Shown one piece after another: positions 13,915-28,231 of a stretch of DNA of 64,000 nt (the stretch's first letter is position 1; every line of letters begins with the position of its first letter). The stretch spans positions 58,466,001-58,530,000 of the forward strand of contig NC_043008.1 of assembly GCF_006345805.1 (NCBI RefSeq). The letters run 5' to 3'. Source of the DNA: Octopus sinensis (lineage: Eukaryota). Below the pieces are notes generated by a model. The model did not search any database, was not told the DNA's origin, and saw nothing but the letters and a program-made list of their open reading frames with translations. A program made the position numbers and the translations under genes.

Positions 13915-13982
13915 TAGATAGATGCAGAGACAGAATTTCATTTCATTTCAATTTTATTTCAAAAGCTTTCGATCGATTGAAA
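13484..13982. repeat. Nested imperfect palindrome built across microsatellites
   Basis: Outer arms 13494-13545 and 13922-13972 differ by about one indel; inner arms TCTGCAAAGGTAATATATATG at 13679-13699 and 13802-13822. Confidence 0.9.
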
Positions 13983-14507
13983 TTTAAGTATATATCCATA
14001 TATGTACATATATATACTTATATATATACATATATATATATACATATATATATATACGTGGTTATATATTTACATATATATATATATATACATGTGTATA
14101 TATATGCATATACTCTCTCTTTTACTCTTTTACTTGTTTCAGTCATTTGACTGCGACCATGCTGGAGCACCGTCTTTAGTCGAGCAAATCGACCCCGGGA
14201 CTTGTTCTTTGTAAGCCCAGTACTTATTCTATCGGACTCTTTTGCCGAACCGCTTCGTGACGGGGACGTAAACACACCAGCATCGGTTGTCAAGCAATGC
14301 TAGGGGGACAAACACACACACATACACATATATACACATATATACATATATACGACAGGCTTCTTTCAGTTTCCGTCTACCAAATCCACTCACAAGGCAT
14401 TGGTCTGCCCGGGGCTATAGCAGAAGACACTTTGCCCAAGATGCCATGCAGTGGGACTGAAGCCGGAACCATGTGGTTTCTAAGCAAGCTACTTATCACA
14501 CATCCAC

Positions 14508-14561
<54 letters not shown>

Positions 14562-15526
14562 ATATATATAATATATATACATAAGATGTATATATTTATA
14601 TATACACATGTGTGTGTACATTTGTGTATACACAAATATACATACATATGTATATCTATATAATGAAAATGAACTCTGTGTGTGTGCGTGTGTGTTTGTC
14701 TACACCATCTTTTTAAAATCTAAAAGCTAATTCTTGTGTAAAAATTTATGTCGAAGACAATGCCAGTAGTCGTGACGTTCCACGTGCCCTGCTAACGGAA
14801 CTACCCGCTATTTTCTAACATCTTGGACACAAGGCAGATCAAAAGTAAATCAACCAACTAATGGAGATAATTTTCATAGGATAAATATATGCACGTCCTA
14901 AATATACGACGTGCCTAAGGGAGATAATTTTTGTAGGAATATTATATTTTCTCATTTTCTTAGAAACTTTGCTTTTCCTAAGAACACAGGTAATAACATG
15001 TGTTTATGATTGTGTGAGGGGATGTATAACTGTAATAAGCCCTATTACTTTAATATAAGTATCACTTAAATAAGTATTACTCATTTTACATTCGTTTTAT
15101 ATTTATGTCTGTAGAAGATCAGTTTTGTGTTTTTCGCTGCTTACCTTCAGAATAGAAACCGTAATTTAGATATCACCCCAGATTTCTCCTTCTTTTGACG
15201 TATACCTCATACGAATTTATGAGGTCAGCTGTCCTGTCTCACTTCCTTGCACGGGTCTCTTCTACTTCAAAACTAGATAAGAAAAGTGCAATTCTATGGT
15301 GGTGGAACAGATATAGTGCTAGTGTATTAATATTTTAGTATATACATACATACCATACATACATACATACATATGTATATATTATATATATATATATATT
15401 ATATATATATATCATACGTATTACGTGACCGACCAGACCATCAGATGTTGCTACACATCGGTGGTCACAATGCGTTCGCATTGTTTTAGCCTTCGAATGA
15501 CGCCACCCCGCTGGCTAAGCGAGCAG

Positions 15527-15565
<39 letters not shown>

Positions 15566-17695
15566 ATATATACATGTTTCTACTAGATGTATTGTGCTTA
15601 TAAACAAGTGGTTATTTGTTTCTCTGAGATTGTTCAAATAATGGAAACCCGATGAAATTGGAAAATGGATTGAGGCTATTCATTATTTTATCTATGAACG
15701 GAGAAATAGTTAAATTTGCTCTGTTCGTATGTCTGCTTTAGGTATTCTCACGGTTACTACGGTCAAAACATCATTTTTACCTCCTGAAGAGCTCATTTAA
15801 GGATGTTGCTTACTTTATTTAAAGCTAATCTGTTTACTGGAAATCTGTAAAATATAGCACCTTACTGTAGGTCACCTAATATTAATATACAAAATAACAC
15901 CTTTCACACATTATATCATGAAGAATAAACTGTCATAAAATAAGACCCCCCCCCAGGATGGAATCAACGCCGCGGCGACAATGGCAGCCGACAAAAATTT
16001 GATGTATCATAAACTGAAGTGTTTTCAATATGAATGCATTACTCTTCAAAATATAGATATACTGAAATAACTAATATACCATGCATATAATGTTGAGAAA
16101 ATTTGTTTACATACAATACGTCTCATTTCATACAGAGGCGCAAGTCAATCCTGTTTGGGACGCTGTATTATTGTGTTAATACAATTTTTGCCTTCTTCTA
16201 GACATGTGCAGAGAACGTTCTCATTTACGGAGCCGAATTGATGGTACACATAGAAGGCTTGCTATTAGGACGCAAAACATTTCATTCTATGAACGTAATG
16301 AGATTTATGGACATATTTAACGCATTGTAGGGTTGTCGACCGCTTGTATCGTGTTGAACAACAGGCTGTATTAGATGTTATATTTTAGAGAATACTACAT
16401 CCCAATAGAAAACGACGACCAGTAAACTACATTGGTGTTGTTGACTGAAAAATACAACATAAAATCGAAGATCTATCAAAGCTAATGTTTTGTGTCAGTG
16501 TGATAAGAAGCCTGCGTCCAAACTACATGGTTCCGGGTTCAGTTACACTGCGTAGCACTTTGGGAACATGTCCTCTATTATAGCATCGGGCCGACCAAAT
16601 CCTTGTGAATGCATTTGGTAAACGGAAACTGAAAGAAGCCCGTCGTATATATATATATATATATATATCACACATACATACACACATATATGTGTGTGAG
16701 TGTGTGTGTCTGCTGCGTGTATGTGCATATATGTGTGTGTTTGTCCATATGTCTGTGTAGATCCAACACCAATGCTTGTTAACCGGTATTTACGTTTCCG
16801 TAACTTAGCAGTTCGGCATAAAGGACTATAAACTATAAAATAAGTATCAGGCTTAAAGAAATATTGGTGTCGATTCATTCGAGTATAAGTTCTGCAAGGC
16901 AGTGTCCCACCATGGCCGCAATCCAATGACTGAAACAAGCAAAATATAAGAAATAAACGATGAAATAAATGAATGCCCGATGAAAGAGCTCAAAATATGT
17001 TCCTACCTCCAATCTATGTAGTCTTTGTCTTCGTAGAAGAATTAACTCTATATTACAATAGCTTCAGAAAAAAAATATATATTGGACACACCTGGATGGC
17101 AAGTGAGAAAGTGGATTTAAATAATTAGACATATTGCGCAGTTTTGTACATATTGTAAATTGAAACAGAGAAATATCTTATGGACATATTTAAAACGTTT
17201 GAAACTACCGTCGCCTTTCCAAAAAGAATTAATGGTAATTAAGCAATACAACCAGAAATTAGTTCTTAAGGAAAATGCATGGAATAACATTTTTCTTTTT
17301 AGATTTAACAAAAAAGTATATTCTTTTAATTATTTCTTAGCAATTATCGTTAGCAATTCTATGGTTCTTTCGTGCGATGAGTGATAAGCTTTCCAGAAAT
17401 TACAACAGGGTATGTATTTACATATATATATGTATATATATCATCATCATATTACAATGCAGCTTTTACTTAGACACATGGATTTTTTTCTTCTGAAAAT
17501 TTGAGAAGTAAGCAAAAATTTCATTAGGAATTTCATTAATTATAAAAAGGTACGAAATATGTGTGATTATTCGTTGTGCCAAGAGCGAAACATAAAAAAA
17601 ATCACACAAAGATGTGATGTAGTCATTTTTCAACTTTCAGTTAACTAGCTGCCTGCATTGAGCTTCATTATTACTCTATACAATACACACGTGTG

Positions 17696-17795
17696 NNNNN
17701 NNNNNNNNNNNNNNNNNNNNNNNNNNNNNNNNNNNNNNNNNNNNNNNNNNNNNNNNNNNNNNNNNNNNNNNNNNNNNNNNNNNNNNNNNNNNNNN
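17696..17795. other. Assembly gap (100 N)
   Basis: Run of n; a round length typical of a placeholder gap. Confidence 1.
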
Positions 17796-19005
17796 CGTTG
17801 AATGTATTAGAAACTTATAGATTTAAGTTTAAGTTTCAGCTGTTAACTCAATTATGGATTTACAGGTTTGAAGGAATGATGCTGAATTGCATATTCATTG
17901 TCATCACTCCTTCAACCTCAATCATTAATAACGTAAAATATAAGTCCTTGAGGCTGAAATACCATATGCGCAGTTGTAAACAATTCGTTCTCTTACGTAA
18001 GAGCCCAGAGCCATCCTCCACATCATATACATGTTTTCTTTAATTTGAAACAGGGCTATAGAGTTGGTGCGGGTATTAGGATAAAGGTTTGGATGGAAAT
18101 GGGATTCAATGACAAACACAAACTCATGTCTTCATTAAGTATAGAACCGTGAATATAATTTAAATTTGTTTTCAGTTACATTATAGAATTAAATTTCATT
18201 GATCATCAGATCTTAAACTGAGAAAACTGTCCGTGACTATATACAAATAGTATAAAAACCACTTACTGATACGCCCCGACGATGTCCCCGTAACAAGCAT
18301 TGAAGAATTTCAAATATTAATTAGAAGCAGCGCTAGTCGTGTAGACATTATCCGCTACAAATGCTCAATATACGTGCCTTACTTGTTTGCCTGTAGGGTA
18401 CGATGTAGCGAGGTGGGGCGCGGGGTGTTAAAACACCTAAGTCATAAAGAGGCGAAACAATTCGCCCCGAATACTATTCTGGAGCGATGGACATTAACGT
18501 TCGGTCATTTCTGTGGCTTATCAACATCACATATCAGAATCAAATTGGATATGACAGGGTCGCTGATGGGTGCCTATGAGGAGGGTGGTTTTGTAGAGGT
18601 GAGGGCAAGTGCGGCAGCGTGGGCATCGTCAGTAGTTCATATGTCCGAAAAAGGAGCAGACTCCAAAACATTAGAGCAGCAACGTATTTTTTAGGAACTT
18701 AAATGTTATACCCAGTCATAGTCTGTGACCATTGGTTTTGCACCTATAAAAACGCTTAGCCGAGGTCGACTTTGCCTTTCATCCTTTCGGGGTCGATAAA
18801 TTAAGTACCAGTTACTCACTGGGGTCGATGTAATCGACTTAATCCGTTTGTCTGTCCTTGTTTGTCCTCTCTGTGTTTAGCCCCTTGTGGGTAGTAAATA
18901 AATAAGTATTGGCAACTGCCGAGTTGCTTATACTGCTAAGCGACTTATATATGTGCGAAACCAATGATCATTCTATGACCAGTCATAAGTTGTAACTTCT
19001 CTCTC

Positions 19006-19052
<47 letters not shown>

Positions 19053-20778
19053 AAACATATATATATGTTAATATATCTATATAAATACACCTATCCACAC
19101 ATACATTCAGGCATATTTATACATATATACTATACACAAATACGCGTATATGTAAATAATTGATAGCGACAGAAGCGTATTAATGGCGAAATGTAATCTT
19201 AATATGGATGTAGTGTTAGAACACTGAATCGTGCATTATTTACCCTGAGAGATCTCCCATACACAAGTACATACACACACTCTCACATATGTTTGTATGT
19301 ATCAATACTTTGGGGTACCACGCATGTCAATGACAAAAATTCAATATATATTAAAGAAAAAAGTCAAGATGGTGTAGAAACATACAACAATCTGGCTGGC
19401 CGGATGTATGCGCTGTTAACACGTAGTTAAGACATGGTTAACGCCTACTTCAAACGTAGTTAAATATGTGGTTTTAAGGAAATGTTAAAAGTTGTTAACA
19501 CGTGAAGTAGAAATACTTCAAAAATAGACAGAGCTGAATAAAGCGAGAGGAATAATTCGTTCTTATTTCAGTGATAGAGTTAAAATGATATAATGTGAGC
19601 TAAAATAATACGGAAGGAAATTTCAAATTTTGGTACAATGATATGAATTTCGGGTGAGGGGTTAAGTCAATTACATCGACCCCAGTGCTCAACTGGTACT
19701 TAATTTACTAACCAGGAAAGGATAAACTCAGAAAGTGAAGACGGACAAAATACCAATATTTCCCCCGGAATGTAAATATTTCTATTTATTACCTCGCTGC
19801 TTTAAAAGTATTTCAAAGATATTTGAAACAAAATATTGTTAGTGATAAGTTTATTATAGGTATGCTGACGGATTAATTATAAAAGTTAATTGTGAATAGA
19901 AAGAATGTTGCATTAATCATAGTATATTCCTTAAGGAAACAGAGAGAGAGAAGATAATTATAAAACATGATTTAGGAGAGATTTTAATTTAGTTGATACA
20001 GATGTGAGGTTAAAATGATGGAAGTAAATTCTAGCTTTTCACTGTTGCGCTCCCAGAAATTCATGATTTAAGCATAGGTACGTATATCAAGTTTAACTTT
20101 TTAAAACTAATCGAGCGATTTCATGAGAAATACAGAAACAGGCGTTGTAGAATAGGCACACACACCCTCACACTTACATACGCACCATCACACTCCTATA
20201 CACACCCTAACACTCTACCCCACACAGACACAGACACATACACATACATGTATAGCGATTAATGAATGACAAAATCCAAGAGTTACATAATTGCCTTAAT
20301 AGCTCCGAGGAAGCTAAAGGATGTTGCACAAGTACTCAGCTCTGAGAACACTGCTACTTATAGCGGAAACAACTGTCCTCTTTTTTTCTATTCATTATTT
20401 GATGTTGCTACTCGTATTCTCTTAAAGTTTTACTATAAAGCATAAGTATGTTGAATTCTAACAACTGCTTACTAGTACCGCTATACCTAACCCAAATCTC
20501 ATATATATATATATATATATATATAATATACGAAAATATATACATATACACATACAGATACACACACACGTGAGAAGAAGTGGTTCATTTTAAGGAAAAA
20601 TTAATGCACTTTGTTCACATTTTCCCATGGTGTGCAAAATCAGAAATGTAATGACTTCAGTGAAAATCTTGAAAGTCTCCTAGTATTTGAGTGACATGCA
20701 TGATAGCCAACAGTTCCCACTTAAAACCAACGTTATTATCTTAAAAAACCCCAGAAGATACGTCAGGTAATGCTCTCT

Positions 20779-20828
<50 letters not shown>

Positions 20829-21397
20829 CACATACATACATACACAAGATATATTATTTATATATATATATATATAAAGATAATATATTATTATATTATA
20901 TATATATATAAGATATATATATTATATATATATCTATATATATATATATAATATATATATTGTATATCCTATGTATGTAATGACCGCAAAGCAACGAGAT
21001 AGTAATGTCAGTAATGTCTGATTTCATAGCGTTGCCTTTGGATTAGAATACCTCGGAAACGAATGATGGACTCAGTGTATGCCGGTTTTTTTTCTTTTAT
21101 CATTGGACTGGAACCATAGTCAGGCACGGACTTGGGATATTTAGTCGAATGAGTCCATCCCATTCAATATTTTTGTGAACCCGATGCCCATCCCCCGAAC
21201 TGGGACGTAAACAAACCAGCACCGTTTGTCAGGCATTGTGGAGAACGGGCACAGATAAAATGTTATTCATACATGTATTCACGTATACATACATACATAC
21301 CATGAAAGAGCCTTGGATCTAGGTTAGAAACTGACTCTTTCTCTACTGGCAAGAAATCTTCAAATAAAAGTGAATGATGTCATACATGCATATATAC

Positions 21398-21451
<54 letters not shown>

Positions 21452-22836
21452 GTGTGTGTGTGTTGTGCTTCCCCGTCGGGCTCCTTTCAGTTCCCGTTTT
21501 AACAAATCCACTCTGAAAACTTTGATCGGCTCAAAGCTGTAGTAGAAGACACTAGTAGACGGCGAGCTGGCAGAAAGGTTAGCACGCTGCGCGAAATGTT
21601 TAGCGGTATTTTGTCTGCCGTTATGTTCTGAGTTCAAATTCCGCCGGGGTCGACTTTGCCTTTCATCCTTTCGGGGTCGATAAATTAAGTACCAGTTACG
21701 CACTGGAGTAGATATAATCGACTTAATCCGTTTGTCTGTCCTTGTTGGTCTCCTCTATGGGCAATAAAGAAATAAAAAGACACTCGTGCAAGTTGAGGCA
21801 TTGTGGGACTGAACCAAAGACCATGTGATTGCGATGTAAGCCGCTGAACCACACATTCACAATTGCTATCCATATGGAATCACGGCTTACTGTCTTAAAA
21901 GCGAAAGTAGACATTGCGTAATGTGTTTCTAGATACAATATAACTAAACAGAAATAGAAAGAGCGATAGCTGTAGCTAAAAAAGCTTGATTGGAGCTGAA
22001 CGGAGACAAGACTACAAAAGCAGTAACTGCATTCACCGTCATTCTTTGGCTCTCTGCAATATTTCATGCAATAACATATATTCGCCAATTTCAATTATAT
22101 TGTAATTACACGTTTTAATCGTTACGCAATTTGCTTCATGCAACATATAGTAGATATGGTAATATTACGCTACAATGCATGTTATTCTAGTAATTAAGAA
22201 TAGATATCAATAGCTGCTTCAATATGTAATACAGGAGGCTAAATGAGGCTTCGTCTCATGTGTCGAATTAACACTGAAATATTCTGCATGTACGTGTCAA
22301 CGTGACCTTTGAGTTTGACACGGGCGTGCATGTATAAGGTGTCAGTTTCTTTAACATTATCTAATGCTATATAAAAGATTAAAAATACATAGAGGTTTTG
22401 TTTTGGTTGTAGTTTTACTTCCATTCAGCCCCGAAATGGTTATAAGCATTTTCCTTTTAGCTGGTATAGTAGCTAATGGCCTTCCAAAGGTCAACAAGAG
22501 AGCCCCTTCGTTGTCGTTTAGTATGCTAGCAACAACAGCACAATCTCTCTTAAATAACACTTACTACAACAAAAAACAAAAGATGTAAGACAATAAAAAT
22601 GGAGTAGTCACGAATGGAATGTCTTTATTTATATGACTGACTCGGGTATACCATAAGTTAACAGGTACTGGCGCAGGCATGGCTGTCTGGTTAAGATCCT
22701 GGCTTTGCAACCATGTAGTTTCGGGTTCAGTTTAACTACGCAGCACCTTGGACCACGATCTTATACTAAAGCCCTATACCGACAAATGCTTGGTGAATGA
22801 ATTTGATAGACAGAAAGTGTGTGAAAGCCCGTCGTG

Positions 22837-22892
<56 letters not shown>

Positions 22893-25473
22893 AGCGTATA
22901 TATGCTCGTTTGTGTGCGTGTGTCTTTGTGTCTGTGTGTCTACATATTTACATTTGTCCACCACCACCTCATAGTAATTGTTCTTGGTTTTTTAACGTCT
23001 CCGTAAACCTAGTAGTTCGGTAAAAAGGATCGCTACAATAAGCACAACACTAAATAATGAGTACTGGTGTTGATTTAGTTGACTAAAAGCCCCTCAAGGC
23101 GATGCTCCAGCGCGGGCGCAGTCCAACGACTGAAACGAAGAAAAAACAAAAGATAAAAAAGATAGTGACAACAAAAACAGATCTCATTGTCTGCCTGCTT
23201 ACCTTTTGTTCGAACTCCGAGTTCTGTGATGTTAAGGTACTAAACAACATAGCATAGAAATATGATACTCTAGTCTATTACAATGAACTTTCACCTCACG
23301 TTGGATTCAATTCAACGATGCAATGAAGTAGAATGTACGGCTTTGCTCTTATCGCTACCTTTTAAGTAAACTTCATATTCATTCGCTAGTTGTTACGTGT
23401 ATTCTTTTCTACTCTAGTCACGAGGCCCGAAATTCTTGGGGGTTGGGATCTAAATGGCCTGTGAAATTGAGAAATATTAGCCCCCCAGCCGCCACATGCA
23501 TACGCTTACACATGCGCGCGAGCACACACACGAGGTTTAGTCCTACTGCATGGGACCTGCGAGAAGTGTCTTCAACTATAGCCCTCGATCAATGTATTGT
23601 GAGTGAATCTGGTAGAGAGAAACTCTGTGAAAACTCGTTATATACATATATGTGTGTGTGTGTGTGTGAGTGTGTGTTTGTGTGTCTGTATGTGTGTTTC
23701 TGCGTGAGTGACTGTGAGTGAATCTTTCTTTTTGTTCGACCCAACCACTTGAAACCCAGTTTGTTTAAGTCCCCGTTAGCTAGTGATTCGGGAAAATTGA
23801 CCAACATAATATCGCTGCGATTTCTAGCAGGATGAGTGACTGTATGAAGACTCCATCGTTGTGGAGTTGAAATCGGTTAAGGCGGTCAGCTTGCTGAATC
23901 TTTGCTGCGCGGGGCGAGATGTTTAATGGCATTTCGTTCGGCTTTACGCCCCTGAGTTCAAATTCCGCCGAGGTAGACTTTGCCTTTCATCCTTTCGGGG
24001 TCGGAAAAATAAGTACCATTTGAGCACTGGTGCCCCAAATTTGCTGGCCTTGGCCAAAATTCGAGACATTTAAAATTAGATCACGATAAGGCGACGAGTT
24101 GGCAGAAACGTTAGCACGCTGGACGAAATGCTCAGCGGCATTTCGTTCGTCTTTACATTTAGGATTCAAATTCCGCCGAGGTTGACTAATATCCCCGTAG
24201 TTCTCGGGGATATTCAGCGTGACACAGAGAGTGACAAGGCCGGCCCCTTGAAATACAGGTACAACAGAAACAGGAAGTAAGAGTGAGAGAAAGTTGTGGT
24301 GAAAGAGTACAGCATGGATCACCACCATCCCCTGCCGGAGCCTCGTGGAGCTTTTAGGTGTTTTCGCTCAATAAACACTCACAACGCCCGGTCTGGGAAT
24401 CGAAACCGCGATCCTATGACCGCGAGTTCGCTGCCCTAACCACTGGGCCATTGCGCCTCCACTGGGGTCTATGTAATAGTCTTGCAAAAAACGAAAATTA
24501 AAAAAGAAAAAAAAAACCATGGAAACAAAAGAGGCCTTTTGCCTATAATACAAACAAATATTTGAGAACAATGTGAAGGACATAAATCTTCATTGGAAAT
24601 TCGATGACACTCATACTGTACTAGGACGGACACTGGTCAGTTTATCAGAAAAGACGAGAACATAAAGGAGCCAAGTTTGAGCCCGGTTGCTCCTACAATA
24701 AGTAGCATTCAAATCAATACCTTCATTAAATATGCTTCATTCAACAGTTTAAGCTTTCTTCTGTAAAGAATTATTATATTCTTTAATTCTTTTATTTCTT
24801 TCACTCACTGCGTTATAGAAATGCTGGAAAGCTATTTGGCACAGTTGTTAGATCGTCGGGAAGGATGATTTGCGGTAATATATAAGTTCAAATCACGTCG
24901 AGGTCAATTGTGTTGTTAAATATGTAACTGTTTTTAGTTCAACAACGGTTGACGTAATGATGAACAATCCTGAAAGATAAATATTTCGTAAAAATTATAT
25001 CTGCTGCTCATTCTTTCCGTCCGTTTAATTCACAAAAATACATTGCTTAATATTTTACAAACATTCATACTCCTAACGTGGGACTATTACTGACCAAGTT
25101 GGGACCTATAGCAATTACAACCACAGGTTACCTTACACGCTGCCATACATAATATGCTCAAATAATTTCCCTCTCAAGGATTGTTACGAGCTAGGACATT
25201 TTGCCCGCATCCCGAGCTGTGTTATCGAAAACAGCCGTTGTTGTTGCGTAAATTTCGCATCTATTATTCTAATTCTGCGCTCGACCTTTCATCATTCTCA
25301 TAACAATAGGTATTACTGTTCTATTGCTTCTACGGTAATTACATAATTCCAAGGCCAATGATAAGCTAGACAACTTCTTAGAATTATATTTAACTAAATC
25401 AAATAATTTGTGTGCTGAAGTTATAACCAACAGCCACACACTCTTGTCAAGATTAAATATTCCGTGGTAGACT

Positions 25474-25515
25474 TGGCTGAGGAGACACGACAATGCTGAA
25501 ACACCAGGTGTTCCA
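25474..25515 (+). ncRNA. Type I hammerhead motif directly after a decayed ORF end
   Basis: TGG-CTGAGGA-GACACGACAATGCT-GAAA-CACCAGGTG-TT-CCA; stem III ACACC(A)GGTGT; stem II is imperfect. The stop of ...LSRLNIPW* is at 25468-25470. Confidence 0.55.
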
Positions 25516-25929
25516 TAATCCCCTTACATTAATGAATCGTGTGTGTTATATACACGCATGTGTCTGAGAGGAGAAATTGTTCACCAATGTCGAAATATAA
25601 GCCGTTTTGCATATTCACAACCGAATCTGACTGAAAGTATTAAAACTCAATAAGTGACCCACGGTGTCGTAGCCAAATAATTTCACAATTAAGTGTAATT
25701 TGTTTCTGGTTGTAAGGTGAACTAAGGAAATGTGGACGGTTGGCTTTGGTAGGAGATATAGCTGAAAGGTGTGCGTATCCAAAGAGATTCTTGGCAAGAC
25801 GACGACGTCAAGTATGCAGAGCTTTGAAGCTACATTGCAGAATCAATGTGACAGGAAATAACGTCAGTGTTAAACACGTACCAGTTCGGTGTGTGTGTCT
25901 GTATGTGCGTACATACATACATACATACA

Positions 25930-25963
<34 letters not shown>

Positions 25964-26210
25964 GATGCACACACACATGAAAACATACAGCCAGACACAC
26001 ACATATGTATGTATGCATGTCTATATCTACGTATATTTGCGACACACATATCCACTTTTACATGAAGACACATAATACATGCAGCCACATACATATCTCT
26101 GTACATACAGGAATATACACATACAGTTGCACATATGTAGCTAATTATACGTGTATTCATGGGTATATGCACACACAGATTTGAAGATCTCTCTCCCTCA
26201 ATATATATAC

Positions 26211-26285
<75 letters not shown>

Positions 26286-26607
26286 ATATATGGCGTTCCT
26301 TCGATCGATATAACGCGAGAAGCTCAACATTTGACAACAGTTGACATCGGGTATTTCCGTGACAGTTGCTGAAATGGGAGGAGGAGGAGGAGGAGGAGGA
26401 GGAGAAAGCTATTGGGTTGTGTGTGCATGCTTGTTCTTGTCTGCGTCTGTGTAATCATCGATTCTGATTCCTGCTTGGAAATTTACGGATTTTACATACA
26501 CACATGAAGCACGTAAGAACAAATATGCAAAGCTTTTTTTCTTCAAGTTTAAAATGAGATATTGCTGGCATAATTTCGTTATATCTATATTCAACAACAC
26601 ATAAATA

Positions 26608-27171
26608 TTGGGTTGTCCGGAAAGTTCATGCCGATTTTTAAAGGAAAGGAAAAGATCAATAAACACTTGCCATTACATTTTTAATCATCCAAATATGAAC
26701 CATTTTGTTGTACAATGCGTCTCAATCTATCCTTTAACTTGAAAATACCCTCTTCCCAGAACTGAGGTGGTTTCATGGTAAATAATTCATCAAGGTATCT
26801 TTTTACGTTATCCAAGGAATTGGAATTTTTGCCATTAAGACTATTCTGCAGAGACCTGAATAAGTGGAAATTCGAAGGAGCAATATCTAGTGAATATGGA
26901 GGGTGGGGAAACACATTCCAACCGAGCTGCAGCAACTTTTGTCTGGCCCCCAAAGCATCAAGGGCTGAAATGTACTTTCTTATCTTCCATTTTAAAGGGT
27001 TACAGAATTAACACAGGTTGTAGGAACATAAACTTCTTCCACGAAAAGAGAGTTTAAACTGTGCTCTAAATAGAGGTGTAGTCAAATCCTATTTTATGAA
27101 CTCAACCATGTTCTAAAATAAGTCGAAATGTAAGCTACTATAAATCGGCACGAACTTTCCGGACAACCCAA
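26608..27171 (-). mobile_element. Internally deleted mariner element
   Basis: ~30-bp TIRs TTGGGTTGTCCGGAAAGTTC(A/G)TGCCGATTT with TA on both sides. Minus-strand transposase C-terminus LGWNVFPHPPYSLDIAPSNFHLFRSLQN...IVQQNGSY. Confidence 0.95.
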
Positions 27172-27445
27172 TACATAAAAACAAAACAGGCACACACACA
27201 GACACAGACAAGAACAAGCACCACACCCCACAACCCATTATCTTGCTTTCTTCTCCTCCTCCGATTTCAGCAACTGTCACGGAAATACCCGATGTCAAAT
27301 GTTGTCAAATATTGAGTTTGTCGAGGTATGTCGAAGGTACGCGATATATATATATATAAGGATTTGATAGTTAATTAAAAAATAAAATAACGATTTCATC
27401 AAGTGGTCAGCATGGAAAAAATAACCTTCAAAGCTAATAATTATC

Positions 27446-27870
27446 AAAATTATAAATTAGGGTATCTACGAGATACCACCATGCTGAAAATAGCAGCCAT
27501 GATCTGACTCTAAAACCACCTTTATTGTCCATATATCAACACGGAGAGAAAACAAAGAGACAAGATGAAACAAGTAAAAAATTACTGGATAATTCTAGAT
27601 CCCGGATTTCTGACTTTGCATTTAGTAATGCTTTGCCTCGTCAGTAGAATACACACAGAAGAGAAACATAAATACACATATATATATAAGCAAAACATAC
27701 GAATACTTACATATACGAACGTATACCTACATATATAAGCACGTATGCATCATGGTCAGTTCAACTGCCCTCCGTGTTGATATATGGACAATTAAGGTGG
27801 TTTTAGAGTCAGATCATAGCTGCTGTTTTCAACATGGTAGTATCTCGAAGGCACCCTAATTTATAATTTT
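27446..27870 (-). mobile_element. Fold-back element: ~100-bp inverted arms around a hammerhead-bearing core
   Basis: Arms 27446-27546 and 27770-27870 have about 9 mismatches; hammerhead at 27592-27651; TA-rich flank. Confidence 0.85.
27592..27651 (-). ncRNA. Type I hammerhead ribozyme motif, intact core
   Basis: Minus strand: TATTCTA-CTGACGA-GGCAAAGCATTACTAAATGCAAAGTCA-GAAA-TCCGGGA-TC-TAGAAT; 6-bp stem I, extended stem II, AUC site. Confidence 0.8.
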
Positions 27871-27894
27871 AATTATATATATATATATGTTTTT

Positions 27895-28231
27895 TTTTTG
27901 ACCCCCTTTGGTCAGACACTGACCATGGGTTTGCACCTAGAGAGTTACCCTCTGAGGCACAAGTCTGGGCAAGGTTGTTTTATGGAAGACCAGCAATCGC
28001 CCATGCATACCGGTCTCCTCTCTCCACATCACCGATGTTGTCGGAGGGAAAGGCAAGGGCCGATACAGCTTGGCACCAGTGACGTCGCAAATCATTTCTA
28101 CAGCTGAGTGAACTGGAGCAACGTGAAATAAAGTGTCTTGCTCAAGAACACAACACGCAGCCCGGTCCGGGATTCGAGCTCACAACCTCACGATCGTAAG
28201 CTCGACGCTCAAACCACTGAGCCACGCGCCT
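27895..28231 (-). mobile_element. SINE family E with a CORE-like block (GTTCTTGAGCAAGACACTTTATTTCACGTTGCTCCAGTTCACTCAGCTG)
   Basis: Other copies: 338-438(-), 39735-40060(+), 43581-43830(-), 45520-45770(-), 46993-47243(+), 47775-47925(+). The CORE assignment is from recalled similarity only. Confidence 0.75.

Noticed and set aside
15145-15272. Minus-strand segment with good acceptor and GAAG|GTAAG donor
   Set aside because: Stops in all three frames; could only be non-coding and has no other support.
18181-18215. CTGATGA-TCAAT-GAAA-TTTAA-TT on the minus strand
   Set aside because: No stem I or stem II pairing; expected by chance in AT-rich DNA.
18374-18694. 106-aa ORF with MGAY resembling a PLE RT motif
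   Set aside because: Surrounding residues do not match the PLE motif; no YRDD-like site.
20290-20370. GAAA-CAACTG-TC with upstream CCGAGGA/CTGAGAA
   Set aside because: Stem I cannot be formed with either core; at best an unresolvable relic.
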